Assembly: GCA_051003195.1 (NCBI GenBank)
Contig: JBPCLP010000008.1
Coordinates: 160,001 to 224,000 of the forward strand
Direction: 5' to 3'
Source: Candidatus Sumerlaeaceae bacterium
GTDB taxonomy: Bacteria > Sumerlaeota > Sumerlaeia > Sumerlaeales > Sumerlaeaceae
Length of the DNA stretch: 64,000 nucleotides
A model generated the notes under the pieces. That model was given only the letters and a program-made list of their open reading frames with translations, did no database searches and was not told the origin of the DNA. Position numbers and translations under genes: made by a program. Shown piece by piece: positions 54,586-64,000 of this stretch. Position 1 is the stretch's first letter; every line of letters starts with the position of its first letter.

Positions 54586-55410
54586 ATGGCGCATTTCGTA
54601 TTCTTTCACGTGGCGCCTGTCGTGCTGAGCTTCTTCATCAGTTTTACGGAGTGGAAGATCAAAGGCGACCCGCTGTGGATCGGCCTCGCCAATTATCGCC
54701 AACTGGTGCACGACACTGTTTTTCGGCGGGCGCTTCTCAACACCGCCCTCTTTACCGTCTACTTTGTCCCGCCCATGCTTGCGGCGTCGCTCGCACTGGC
54801 GCTTCTGGTCAACCACCAGACCCGTGCAGCGGCGTTGTTCAAAACCGCGTATTTTCTGCCGGTCGTCACCTCATTTGTGGTGTTCGCGCTGATCTTCGGC
54901 TGGATTTTCCAGGCCGGGCCCAACTCCCTGGCCAACAAGGCACTCGGACAGGTTGGAATTCGTCCGCAGTCCTGGCTTCAAAATGAGCATCAGGCTTTGC
55001 CGCTGCTCGCTCTGCTGGGTATCCTCAAAGGTGCGGGCTGGAACATGGTTTACTTCCTGGCCGGTTTGCAGGCAATACCCGACACATTCTACGAAGCAGC
55101 CCGCGTGGATGGCGCCAGCAGGTTCGCCATTTTTCGCCGTATTACCCTGCCGCTGCTGCGACCAACCATTTACTTCGTGCTGGTGCTGACCACCATTGGC
55201 GCTTTCCAGGTTTTCGATTCTGCGTACGTGTTAACCGGCGGCGGCCCAGCCTACGCGACCACGACGATCGTATACTTCATTTATACGCAGGGTTTTGAAT
55301 CTTTCCAGATGGGCTACGCGTCCGCGTCGGCTTACGTTCTGTTGCTGCTGGTACTGCTGGTCACATGGATCCAGAAGCGTTACCTTGGCGCAGTCGGGGA
55401 TTGGTACTGA
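54586..55410 (+). CDS. Carbohydrate ABC transporter permease
   Basis: WIGLANY, YEAARVDGA (EAA loop), ITLPLLRP; frame is open upstream, so the start may be earlier. Confidence 0.93.
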   Translation: MAHFVFFHVAPVVLSFFISFTEWKIKGDPLWIGLANYRQLVHDTVFRRALLNTALFTVYFVPPMLAASLALALLVNHQTRAAALFKTAYFLPVVTSFVVFALIFGWIFQAGPNSLANKALGQVGIRPQSWLQNEHQALPLLALLGILKGAGWNMVYFLAGLQAIPDTFYEAARVDGASRFAIFRRITLPLLRPTIYFVLVLTTIGAFQVFDSAYVLTGGGPAYATTTIVYFIYTQGFESFQMGYASASAYVLLLLVLLVTWIQKRYLGAVGDWY

Positions 55411-55412
55411 CA

Positions 55413-56234
55413 ATGAACGGTCGCACGCTATCGCGAGTCACCTGGTGGCTCGTTTCGCTCACCGTCGCAATCGTCCTGGTTGGCCCCTTTTTTATTATGA
55501 TCGCCGCGTCGCTTCAGAAAAGCCGCACCTATTTTGTCGGCGCGTGGGATTGGTTCCCGCGCCAACCCACCCTGCAAAATTACGAGCTGATCTTCACGCG
55601 CTCGGCTGTGCTGCGCTGGACCGTAAACTCGCTCCTGATTTCTACGATCCCCGTTGCGGTGAGCGTAATGGTATCGCTGGCGGCTGGTTATATCTTCGCC
55701 CGCAAACAGTTCCGCGGGCGCGAGCCAATGTTCTGGCTGCTGCTTTCCTCGCTCATGGTACCATTCCAGGTCACACTTACACCGCTTTACCTGATGATGA
55801 ACCGCATCGGGTGGATCGATACCTACTGGGTCCTGATGGTACCCAGCATGCTGAGCGTAACGGGGATTTTCCTGATGCGCCAGTTTGTGCAGACAATACC
55901 GATTACGCTGGAGGAAGCCGCGGAGCTGGACGGATGCAACCCGTGGCAGGTTCTGCGCTGGGTAATTGCGCCGCTCAGCAAAACAGCCATCGCGACCCTG
56001 GCGACGCTCGGTTTTATTTCCGCCTGGAACAGCTTCCTCTACCCATTAATTTTCACCGCCAGTGAAAAGATGCGACCGCTCACGGTCGGGTTGTCGACGT
56101 TTGCCGATACCAGCGGCAGCTTCGGCATTAACATGGCCGCCGCCACCATCAACTTCCTCCCGACGCTTGTCATTTTCCTGTTCTTTCAACGATACTTCGT
56201 AAAAGGAATCGCGATGGGCGGAGTGAAGCTATAG
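55413..56234 (+). CDS. Carbohydrate ABC transporter permease
   Basis: PTLQNY, LEEAAELDG, WNSFLYP, FQRYFVKGI. Confidence 0.93.
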   Translation: MNGRTLSRVTWWLVSLTVAIVLVGPFFIMIAASLQKSRTYFVGAWDWFPRQPTLQNYELIFTRSAVLRWTVNSLLISTIPVAVSVMVSLAAGYIFARKQFRGREPMFWLLLSSLMVPFQVTLTPLYLMMNRIGWIDTYWVLMVPSMLSVTGIFLMRQFVQTIPITLEEAAELDGCNPWQVLRWVIAPLSKTAIATLATLGFISAWNSFLYPLIFTASEKMRPLTVGLSTFADTSGSFGINMAAATINFLPTLVIFLFFQRYFVKGIAMGGVKL

Positions 56235-56300
56235 GGTCTTGCCCGAATGCTACGCTGGAATGATGTGTCGGTCGGAGCGCGCGGGCGGTGATGATTGGAG

Positions 56301-56347
56301 GTTTTCAAGTTTTCAAGTTTTCAAGTTTTTCAAGTTTTTTTCAAGTT
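56301..56347. repeat. Short tandem repeat (T)n-CAAG x5
   Basis: gttttcaagttttcaagttttcaagtttttcaagtttttttcaagtt. Confidence 0.85.
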
Positions 56348-57060
56348 GGCGGTGTAGAAGCTTGAAACGCTTGCAGATAAATCAAGTTGGCGAAAACGGG
56401 GTAATTTCGCCACTTGAAAAACGGTCATCCACGCGTAAGAATTCGCGGGGCCGTGGATTTCCCGCTTCCTTGCGCCATGGGCGGCTTTTTCCGCCAGGCG
56501 CATGGACGTAAAATGCCACGCGGATTGGGCGCACAGGTCCATCTGCCGTCGGTCACGGCGTTCGGGCTGCATAGTTGTCAAAGAACGTGTTCAGCTTTTA
56601 CTACACGGGCAGGTATACACCAGTTGTGGAGGGCGTGTCACTTCCCTGGCGTACCCTAAAGGTGGGCTAAGTCCAATGAAGTCGAAAAAGATTTTGGGCG
56701 AACGTGCGCTGGTGCGTGCGGAAAACTCCCGGATGGGGGCCGTTGGTCAACGTGCCATGCTGATGAGAGCCTTCAGTAAAAAAGTGTGATCGTCTAGCGA
56801 GCGAAGGAGACGCTCTCCAACGGTCTCGGAACCCCTTTCTCCAACCCATGAATCCTTATCATGGATGTCACCGAGTTTTCTCCTGGTTTCATCGTCGAGG
56901 GAGGTGATGAAGATCGGTAGGCGGCGTTTAAGCAGCGCGCGCTTGACAAGCCTCCCCACCTCTGCAAATTTGCCTAGCTACGATTGCACCACTGGGGCTA
57001 GAAAGGCAACATCATGAACTGCCCACGCTGCAAAGTACCCGTAGAGGAGGGCACAAGTCA

Positions 57061-57792
57061 GTGGCCGCATATCAGACCGCGCTGCAATCACTGCAACAGC
57101 AACTACGGCCTTATACGAACTACTGTAACGCTCTCTTTACACCAGGAACCGAGCTTGTGAGAAATGAGTTTTTCGAGAAGGAGACCGGTGTCCTCAGTCA
57201 TTCCGAGCGGCTGCATGCTGAATCCGTGCTGAAACAGATTCAGCAATTTATACCGTCAGTTAATGGCATAACGTGCCCATCTTCGACGCTAAAGCCGCTG
57301 GATGATATGATACGAAGGAGCGTGGGTGAGGTCGGCAAGGCCTGCAGCGATGCGCTGCAGGAGTACGGAAGACGCCGCGATTTTTACCGAAACACGCTGC
57401 AGAATGTGACCACTTCGCTTGATTCATTGCAGCATGCGATCAGTTCCGCCGTCCAAGCGCCACGGACCCAACTACCCGAAAACAAGACAGTGTCCGTGGC
57501 AGAACTGGTGGAGGAAGCAGGGAGAGATTTAGATGAGTCGCTGGTTAGTGAGTCAGATAATAGCCGGTCCTATGTTGCCGCTTCGGGACGTCTCAAAGTT
57601 GGTCGGACGCTCTATTATGGTCCGAAGAAAAAGTACAAAGGTATGATTATCGACTTCAATGAATCCGAAACGGAAGGGGCCGATCATGGGCCCTATCGAA
57701 GCGTCCGGATTCAGAATGAACGGAATGGAAACGTTGAGATTCATGACCGTGAAGTACTTGTCATGGAAGGGAATTGGTTTTTAGGCGAGTAG
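57061..57792 (+). CDS. Hypothetical protein, possibly frameshifted from an upstream zinc-ribbon start at 57014
   Basis: 243-aa ORF; out-of-frame ATG 57014 with RBS-like aaagg gives MNCPRCKVPVEEG. Confidence 0.55.
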   Translation: MAAYQTALQSLQQQLRPYTNYCNALFTPGTELVRNEFFEKETGVLSHSERLHAESVLKQIQQFIPSVNGITCPSSTLKPLDDMIRRSVGEVGKACSDALQEYGRRRDFYRNTLQNVTTSLDSLQHAISSAVQAPRTQLPENKTVSVAELVEEAGRDLDESLVSESDNSRSYVAASGRLKVGRTLYYGPKKKYKGMIIDFNESETEGADHGPYRSVRIQNERNGNVEIHDREVLVMEGNWFLGE

Positions 57793-57946
57793 CTGGGGTA
57801 GTTCTGCGGTACCGGTAGTTCTGGGGGCGGTAATTCTAGCGTCGGCTCCGCAACCATTCCTCGCCACCGGGAGCCGACCCTCTCCCTTTAAACCCGTGTA
57901 ACAAAATTACTTGCAAGTCACTACAGCCCATGTAACACGGGCGAGC

Positions 57947-59017
57947 ATGGCACGTTCATCAACTACCTTCCGTCCGAAATGGAGCTGCGGGCCCACGACG
58001 GTGGTCCGCATTCCTGAGCGTTTTGCAAAGAAGGTTATGGAGTACGCCCAGGAGCTCGATTCAGGTGCATCACCACTCGCCGAACCCGCGGTCGCCTACA
58101 AAACTGCACGTGATTTTTGCGCAGCAAAGCCGGTCAATGTAGCCTCCGTTCCAAAGCTCTCCCCGTTCCGGTACCCTGGAGGCAAGACTTGGCTCGTGCC
58201 TTATATTAGGACATGGCTATCCAGCAAAAAGCAACGGCCCGGTGTTCTTGTTGAGCCATTCGCTGGTGGCGGAATCGTTGGACTGACAGCCGCATTTGAG
58301 CGCCTTGCAGAACACGTGCTATTAGTAGAGAAAGATGCCGACATTGCTGCCGTTTGGAACGCCATATTCTCAGGTCAGGCTGAGTGGTTAGCTGAGCGAA
58401 TATTGAAGTATAAGCTGTCGACCGCAAATGCGAAGGCAACACTAGCCCAGCCGCCGAGTTCTCAACGTGATCGAGCATTTGCGACGATCCTTCGTAATCG
58501 AGTGCAACGCGGTGGGATTATGGCGGTAGGAGCCGGACTTGTAAAAACTGGAGAAAACGGTAAAGGCATTTCATCGCGTTGGTATCCAGAAACGCTCGCT
58601 GAACGAATTCGGGAAATTGCTGCATGCAAACAATGGCTATCGTTTTTAGAAGCGGATGCATTCGATGTGATCACGCGTTATGCCGATGACGAGAAGGTAG
58701 TTTTCTTTGTCGACCCGCCATACACCGTTGCCGCGAAGCGACTATATCAGCATTGGGAAGTAGACCACACCGTATTGTTCAAATTACTGTCGAAGGTGCG
58801 TGGCGACGTATTGCTGACCTATGACAACACGGTTGAAATAAATGCCTTGGCAGCGGCCAACGGATTTCAAACTCATGCGATCGCGATGAAAAACACGCAT
58901 CATGCTAAGATGACGGAGCTGCTAATTGGGAGGGATCTTACCTGGCTTCGAGACGCGCAAGCTTTTCGAGCAGTAGCCGTTCAAACGTCTCTAATGGGAG
59001 CGGCGTTCCACCAGTAA
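57947..59017 (+). CDS. DNA amino-methyltransferase (Dam/D12-like, alpha class), partner of the NotI-family nuclease
   Basis: SPFRYPGGK, EPFAGGG, FVDPPY. Confidence 0.92.
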   Translation: MARSSTTFRPKWSCGPTTVVRIPERFAKKVMEYAQELDSGASPLAEPAVAYKTARDFCAAKPVNVASVPKLSPFRYPGGKTWLVPYIRTWLSSKKQRPGVLVEPFAGGGIVGLTAAFERLAEHVLLVEKDADIAAVWNAIFSGQAEWLAERILKYKLSTANAKATLAQPPSSQRDRAFATILRNRVQRGGIMAVGAGLVKTGENGKGISSRWYPETLAERIREIAACKQWLSFLEADAFDVITRYADDEKVVFFVDPPYTVAAKRLYQHWEVDHTVLFKLLSKVRGDVLLTYDNTVEINALAAANGFQTHAIAMKNTHHAKMTELLIGRDLTWLRDAQAFRAVAVQTSLMGAAFHQ

Positions 59018-59843
59018 GACCCTCAACCGCATCTTCAAGCCGGGTGTAATGTACGCTGTCTCGCACCAGCTTGAGATTGCTCGTCGTCCCGCATCGCTCA
59101 AGTCGCACGACGAACCATACAATGTCGGAGTTCGAAAGGTTTGGCACTTCGCGCATCGTACGCAGTGATGCCCAGAATTCCGAGTCGACCACAACGGCCA
59201 TCTTTTTCCCCCAGCGGCGAATGGTCGGAACCTTAACTTGAAGTTGCGGCATCAAACGCTTTGGGCCGGAGGAACGAAAATCTGGCCTGCGTTGCACCGA
59301 GGGATAGGGTAGGTTCGGTCCTGTCCAATTCTGCCATTGGCGTTGGTCATTCCCCATGCTACCGCCGGAAAAATAAACCGCCTGCATCTCGAGCGCGCAC
59401 CATGCGAGGGGTGTCGATTCCGAGTTTACCAGCACCATGTCGATCATTCCAACAGCATCCGGGTCACTGTCGTCTGCATCTGCTCCCATAAGAAATGGTA
59501 GTTCCGGCACACGGGTTGGGGAGTCCGTACGCAGTATCACGTCGCCCACCCATCGGAAAACTTCCCTCTGCTCTAAGAAGCGATTTGGGCAGGTAATCGC
59601 CGGCGCTCCGCCGACTATCGCTGTGCCATCCATTTGTCGTTCGAAGGGACGAATTGAACACACGCCACCTTTCTTGTTACAGAGCAGTTCCACTCCAGCT
59701 GCTTGTGACCTGAAAGGGCAAATCTGCTGCTGGCCTGCTACGGCAAAAGTGTGAAGCTCCTCCATTGACAGAGAATCAATGCTTCTGCCGAAAAGTTCTG
59801 CGGCGCTGTAACGTGCTGCAGCAGTCTGGCGAGCCCTTGGCAT
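58938..59843 (-). CDS. NotI family type II restriction endonuclease
   Basis: CPF..C.K.GGVCS..CP.RF Cys pattern, IDMVLV, ALEMQAVYFSG, RPDFRSSGPKRLMPQL, WGKK.AVVVD. Confidence 0.88.
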   Translation of the reverse strand: MPRARQTAAARYSAAELFGRSIDSLSMEELHTFAVAGQQQICPFRSQAAGVELLCNKKGGVCSIRPFERQMDGTAIVGGAPAITCPNRFLEQREVFRWVGDVILRTDSPTRVPELPFLMGADADDSDPDAVGMIDMVLVNSESTPLAWCALEMQAVYFSGGSMGNDQRQWQNWTGPNLPYPSVQRRPDFRSSGPKRLMPQLQVKVPTIRRWGKKMAVVVDSEFWASLRTMREVPNLSNSDIVWFVVRLERCGTTSNLKLVRDSVHYTRLEDAVEGLTGGTPLPLETFERLLLEKLARLEAR

Positions 59844-60119
59844 CCGCGTACTTGCTAATACCCGAATGTAGCTTCCAAGGAAAAACGGAACTCGGCCTCC
59901 ACAGAAGGCTTAAGCGGAAAACCGGGACGGAGATTTGAGATTTAGAGATTTAGGATCAGCTCCCGAATCAGTTCCTTTTCATGGACGCGGCTGCCCGGCG
60001 ACTGGTGCCGAAACCTCTGCACTTTAAGGTGCTCTAAGGGTCTCGAAGGGGTGGTGCGGGAATACCATTGTCCAAAAGCCTGTGCTACACAGGTCCTCAT
60101 AATGATAAACCAAACGCAG

Positions 60120-60510
60120 TTTCACGACCCCAAAACCAGCGCGAGCGACGCCGCCCCACTCGCCGCAGACGATTGCGAATCCGGTTTGTCCTCCGCACTC
60201 CGCAATCCGCAATCCAAGTGGCCCACGCAGACGAACTCGAAACAGGAGTGAAACCTTACAGAAAGATTACCGCTATTCAAGTGGCGAAATTACCAACTTG
60301 AACTTGAAAGCAGAAAGGAGACATTTTGATGACCCTGGCAACGCAACCCGCCGTCCTTGCCGCCGACGATTCCGAGTCCGGCTTGTACTCCGCACTCCGC
60401 AATCCGCACTCCGCAATCGCCTCACACGCCTCCCACGAAAAAACAAAAGAAGAACTGGAGGCCACATGATCTGAACATTACGGAAATCAAAGGGCGAAAT
60501 TACCCCCATC
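60120..60510. repeat. Diverged ~200-bp tandem duplication containing ccgca[ac]t heptamer repeats
   Basis: cgccgcagacgattgcgaatccggtttgtcctccgcactccgcaatccgca (60161) vs cgccgacgattccgagtccggcttgtactccgcactccgcaatccgca (60361); ggcgaaattacc follows both. Confidence 0.7.
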
Positions 60511-60557
60511 GGCCTGTTTGATTTAAATCGTGAAATGCCAATGAGCGACGCCAATTC

Positions 60558-60595
60558 TTTGATTAGTTTTGATTAGTTTTGATTAGCTTTGATTG
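60558..60595. repeat. 10-bp tandem repeat (tttgattagt) x~4
   Basis: tttgattagttttgattagttttgattagctttgatt. Confidence 0.85.
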
Positions 60596-60611
60596 AGGCT
60601 CGGCGCTGGTT

Positions 60612-60854
60612 TTTGAAGTGCGAGCCGCTTGCCGCCGCTTTGGGTAGCGCAAGGCTCGAGTCGTTTGCGCGGGCTTCCAGGACTGGTTGAGTCTTCTTCT
60701 CGCAGCAGGCTGGAAGCCTGCTCTACCGCGCAAGATGCGCGATATGAATTCTGGGAACACGCGCGAATTACGTATAGTGGTTTGTTGGACCGGGCGCCGC
60801 CATCTGCGCGCTTCGCGCGTTTCCAAAGCGGCGGCAAGCCGCGCGCACTCCAAA
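60612..60854. repeat. REP-like inverted repeat pair enclosing a second REP-like palindrome
   Basis: tttgaagtgcgagccgcttgccgccgctttgg (60612-60643) pairs with ccaaagcggcggcaagccgcgcgcactccaaa (60823-60854); gcaggctggaagcctgc at ~60705. Confidence 0.75.
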
Positions 60855-60924
60855 TTAGATTGTCGGAAGCAATTTCAGGTGCGGTTGACGTTTTTCCCGA
60901 TTGTTCTGGTGCGGGCGACAAGCG

Positions 60925-60972
60925 GCTGCTCCAGGTTAAGTGGTAGAACAGTCGGGTGAACGAGTGTCCCAT
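60925..60972 (-). mobile_element. N-terminal remnant of an IS200/IS605 TnpA (Y1/HUH)-like transposase
   Basis: MGHSFTRLFYHLTWS resembles the TnpA N-terminus; no HUH motif follows. Confidence 0.5.
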
Positions 60973-61141
60973 TGCGGCGTGTAACATCAGGGTCGCTGCT
61001 GGCAGCTCAAGTGGAACGCGAACATTGGGACCCACGCACTGCCAGCAAGCTCCTTGACTTCCAGGGCGGAGAGAAGCGGCTGGCTGAAATAACCCTGAGT
61101 TCAGGCAGCAGCGTTCATCGTGCTGCTTCGGAGGATCGCAC

Positions 61142-63184
61142 ATGTACGCAAATCGTCTTTTGGCATCTTTTGCAATCATCACACACCTGCTGTGTTCCAC
61201 GTGTGGATTTGCTCAACAGGAAGCCGTTTCCCAGCAGGATGTCATCCGGCTGCTGGAACTTAAGATTCCGGAAGCGCAGATTATTGAGCGGGTAAAAAGC
61301 GCGGGCACGGTTTTTGTCCTTGGCCAAACAGACATTGAGCGCCTGAAAAAGGCAGGCGCGTCGGAGACGCTGCTGGCAGCAATGGGGGCGTCAGCCAGCG
61401 GGAAATCCAGCGATAGCGGTATCGCGATCAGTGACGCGACGACTGCAGAAATCAGCGATCTCGCCATCGTAGTCGATTACTCCGGAAGCATGAACGCCAA
61501 AACGCCCGACGGCATACTCAAGGTAGATGCGGCCAAAAAAGCATTCGAAGCGCTGGTGGACAAACTGCCAAAGGATCTCAGGGTGTCGCTGGTTGTCTAC
61601 GGCACAGACAAACAGCGTGGATGTGAAGACATTGATATTGTGCAGCCGCTAGCTGACCTTGACCGGGATTCGCTGAAGAAACTTGGGACCAGTTTTGAGG
61701 CAAAGGGCATGACGCCCATAGCGGCTTCTCTTGAAAAGGCCGCGGAAACGCTAACCGGATCCAAAGGCGGGCGTTCGATTGTACTAATCACCGACGGCGC
61801 GGAAAGCTGTAAGGGTGATCCGGCCCAGGTGGCCCAGCGGCTTGCGCGTCAGTACGGAGTTTCATTCGCTCTGCACGTGATCGGCTTCGATCTGAAGCCG
61901 GAAGAGAAACAGGCTCTTGAGCAGGTTGCGATCGCCGGACGTGGCCGGTACTTTAATGCCGACAGTTCCGCCCAGCTTACCGAGGCAATGCAAAAAGTAA
62001 CTGTCGCAGTTGCCAAGGCCACGCCGAAACCCTCGCCAAAACCGGAACCCACTGCCACTCCCGAGCCCACCCCTCGCGATTCGCGCGCTTTTTCCGCAGG
62101 AGGCCAGGAACTGAAAGGCGGAGCCTGGTTTCACGATGCGACCGAGGTAAAGCCCGGGGAATACAAAGGCGGACTCAGCCTGAAGGAAATACGGTTCTAC
62201 AAAATGCCGGTACAGAAGGGACAGGAACTGCGCGCAATTGGACAGTTTAAGAAGTTTCCTCTTCCAGGCGATCCGTATTATGATCAGCCAATGGGTCAGG
62301 ACTTTATTGTGACCGTTTATGATCCAGGTCTAAACCCCGTGGCGCGCGAGTTCGTGGAGACGAAAGACAATCCAACCGCACCGGTTACAACGCGGGCCAG
62401 CTGGACGGCCGATTCTGACGGCATGGCCTGGGTCAGCGTTGCAGCGTCCCAGAACTACAAGCCGGGTTCAAAGGCCTGGGCTGAAAACTCCGGGTTAAAA
62501 GACGTACAACCATCCGATTATACCTTGAGAATTAAGGTGGAAGGCGAGGTCGCACAGGCGGGCGCCGTCACCGCGCCGGCAAACCTGACTGTGAAATCGG
62601 GAACGGGCTTCGACAATGCCGGTGCCATTTCGGGCAATGGCATGATCACTGAAGATATTAAGTTCGACGAAACTGTATTTTACTCGGTCGCAGTCCAGAA
62701 GGATCAGCCTGTGGAATTAACACTCGCGGCGCAGAAGCCGTGGGAAGCGCGGGATCATTACTATTTCCCGCAAAAAGCCACTTATACCATTACCCTGTAC
62801 GATGACGACCAGGTTGAAGTGGCCAAAGAGACTCTCGATATTAAGGGTAATCCGCCGGATGCCTATTCAAAGGCGCTCAACTGGACCGCGACCATTGGCG
62901 GCAAAGCCTACATCAGCCTTTCGCTTACCAATACGGCAACCAATGCGAAATCGAACTCTGCCGAGCCCGGGGCAGGTCACTTTTCGCTGCTGGTAAGCAC
63001 GGGTGCCAGCGAGGCGAAGCAACCTGGCACGGCTGCGGGCACCGCTCCGGCCAGCACGCCCGAAGCCTCTCCGGCGTCCTCGGATAAACCGGCAGATAAA
63101 ACCGCGGAACCCGCAGACAAGTCCGCAACTCCGGGACCCGAACGAAAGCCCGTTGATCCATTCTCGGGAGCAGAAACGAAGTAG
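61142..63184 (+). CDS. Secreted VWA domain protein with two repeated beta-sandwich (PPC-like) domains
   Basis: Signal peptide; MIDAS DYSGSM, GMTPIA, LITDGAESC, VIGF; PT/PK linker. Confidence 0.88.
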   Translation: MYANRLLASFAIITHLLCSTCGFAQQEAVSQQDVIRLLELKIPEAQIIERVKSAGTVFVLGQTDIERLKKAGASETLLAAMGASASGKSSDSGIAISDATTAEISDLAIVVDYSGSMNAKTPDGILKVDAAKKAFEALVDKLPKDLRVSLVVYGTDKQRGCEDIDIVQPLADLDRDSLKKLGTSFEAKGMTPIAASLEKAAETLTGSKGGRSIVLITDGAESCKGDPAQVAQRLARQYGVSFALHVIGFDLKPEEKQALEQVAIAGRGRYFNADSSAQLTEAMQKVTVAVAKATPKPSPKPEPTATPEPTPRDSRAFSAGGQELKGGAWFHDATEVKPGEYKGGLSLKEIRFYKMPVQKGQELRAIGQFKKFPLPGDPYYDQPMGQDFIVTVYDPGLNPVAREFVETKDNPTAPVTTRASWTADSDGMAWVSVAASQNYKPGSKAWAENSGLKDVQPSDYTLRIKVEGEVAQAGAVTAPANLTVKSGTGFDNAGAISGNGMITEDIKFDETVFYSVAVQKDQPVELTLAAQKPWEARDHYYFPQKATYTITLYDDDQVEVAKETLDIKGNPPDAYSKALNWTATIGGKAYISLSLTNTATNAKSNSAEPGAGHFSLLVSTGASEAKQPGTAAGTAPASTPEASPASSDKPADKTAEPADKSATPGPERKPVDPFSGAETK

Positions 63185-63228
63185 AAACCGGCGGGCGCGA
63201 CAAGGTGCCTGGTAACCAGCTGCCAGGG

Positions 63229-64000
63229 ATGATGGAGCTGGTTTTCCAGCCGCCTCCATCACCACGGCCGCTGCCGCGTCTGCTGTTGCTGCTTCTGTTC
63301 GTGCAGCAGGCACCGGCACCTGCCCAGCCTGCCGATAAGGAGCGAAACCCTGCCTGGCAGGAGACGTCGTCTTCCGCGCTACTCCGTGGAAATCCGGGGG
63401 ACTGGGATGACTTCTCCATCGGAAGCCCGTGTGTCCTGCGTACTGGAAACGCATGGCAAATGTACTATGAGGGCCGATCGCTGGATGAAGATGGCTACCG
63501 GAGCGCCTTTGGCATGGCGAGCAGTGACGATGCAGTATCGTGGAAAAAGCACAGCCAGAACCCATTGCTGCAGCCGGATATTGAAACCAGCGCATCGTGC
63601 GCCGCTTTCAGTGTGACCTCCGGCAGCAAATCCCTTGTGGGAGCATTTGCCGTCCAGCGCTCTCTCTTCCAACATTCACAGGAAGAGCTGAATAAGGGCG
63701 TCGCCTGGCTCTCGTTCGTTGAGAGCACGGATGGAGTTGTGTGGCAGGCATGCCATCCCGCAGTTTCGCTCGACATGCACCGCACTCACTTTCCCCTCGC
63801 GCCATCTCTTTATCATTCAGACCAGAAGCTGCACCTGTGGTGGTTCGGACTGCGCGAGGGGCTAAGGGTGCTGAACCATAGTATAAGCGATGGCGCGAAG
63901 TGGAGCAAACCGAACTGGCAGCCGGCTGGAGAATTGTCAGAACGGGAGCTGTGCTGTGCACGCGTGGTTCCGTCGGGAAATTACCTGCTTCTTTCCGCAG
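63229..64000 (+). CDS. Secreted beta-propeller glycosidase-like protein, 3'-partial
   Basis: Own translation: hydrophobic leader, WDDFSIGSPCV..WQMYYEG..GMASSDDAVSWKK..NPLL, ESTDGVVW, SISDGAKW (Asp-box-like); open to window end. Confidence 0.7.
   Translation, partial: MMELVFQPPPSPRPLPRLLLLLLFVQQAPAPAQPADKERNPAWQETSSSALLRGNPGDWDDFSIGSPCVLRTGNAWQMYYEGRSLDEDGYRSAFGMASSDDAVSWKKHSQNPLLQPDIETSASCAAFSVTSGSKSLVGAFAVQRSLFQHSQEELNKGVAWLSFVESTDGVVWQACHPAVSLDMHRTHFPLAPSLYHSDQKLHLWWFGLREGLRVLNHSISDGAKWSKPNWQPAGELSERELCCARVVPSGNYLLLSA

Noticed and set aside
55390..55410. Permease C-terminus AVGDWY resembling the DWxLY tail
   Set aside because: Spacing differs and the protein is an inner-membrane permease; likely coincidence
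59960..60015. Possible third copy of the 90-bp element (ccgaatcagttcctt...gtgccgaa)
   Set aside because: Only short fragments match, and the stem and tail are missing

Overview
A 64-kb, GC-rich bacterial chromosomal window read with the standard genetic code. It holds about 50 CDS and one tRNA (anticodon CAT, Ile2-type). I found no rRNA, CRISPR array, prophage or intact transposase. Housekeeping genes: pheS, lexA (with a perfect GAAC-N4-GTTC box upstream), pth, tadA, a stand-alone atpD and radC. Many genes encode secreted carbohydrate- or sulfate-processing proteins: GH57, GH43, GH2, GH130-like, two sulfatases plus FGE, an esterase, sugar ABC components and a ~1000-aa unknown CAZyme-like protein. 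There are three GT-C-like membrane proteins, a Phd antitoxin next to a frameshifted ParE toxin, and an accessory patch (~56.2-61.1 kb) with a NotI-family restriction-modification pair, repeats and a TnpA remnant. Most interesting signals: (1) two unrelated secreted proteins share the C-terminal tail S-x-[IG]-x-D-W-x-L-Y-stop, a candidate undescribed sorting signal; (2) Thr-rich 'TT[SGA]' patches recur in exported proteins and may be O-glycosylation sites served by the GT-C enzymes; (3) a circularly permuted lytic transglycosylase; (4) a RadC fused to a glycosylase-like/Fe-S module; (5) a voltage-gated channel with the TLEGWVD calcium-type filter; (6) a ~90-bp hairpin element present twice. From recollection the protein style resembles Candidatus Sumerlaeota (BRC1), but that assignment is unverified inference. 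Product calls rest on motif recognition by eye, not database searches, and several start codons are best guesses.
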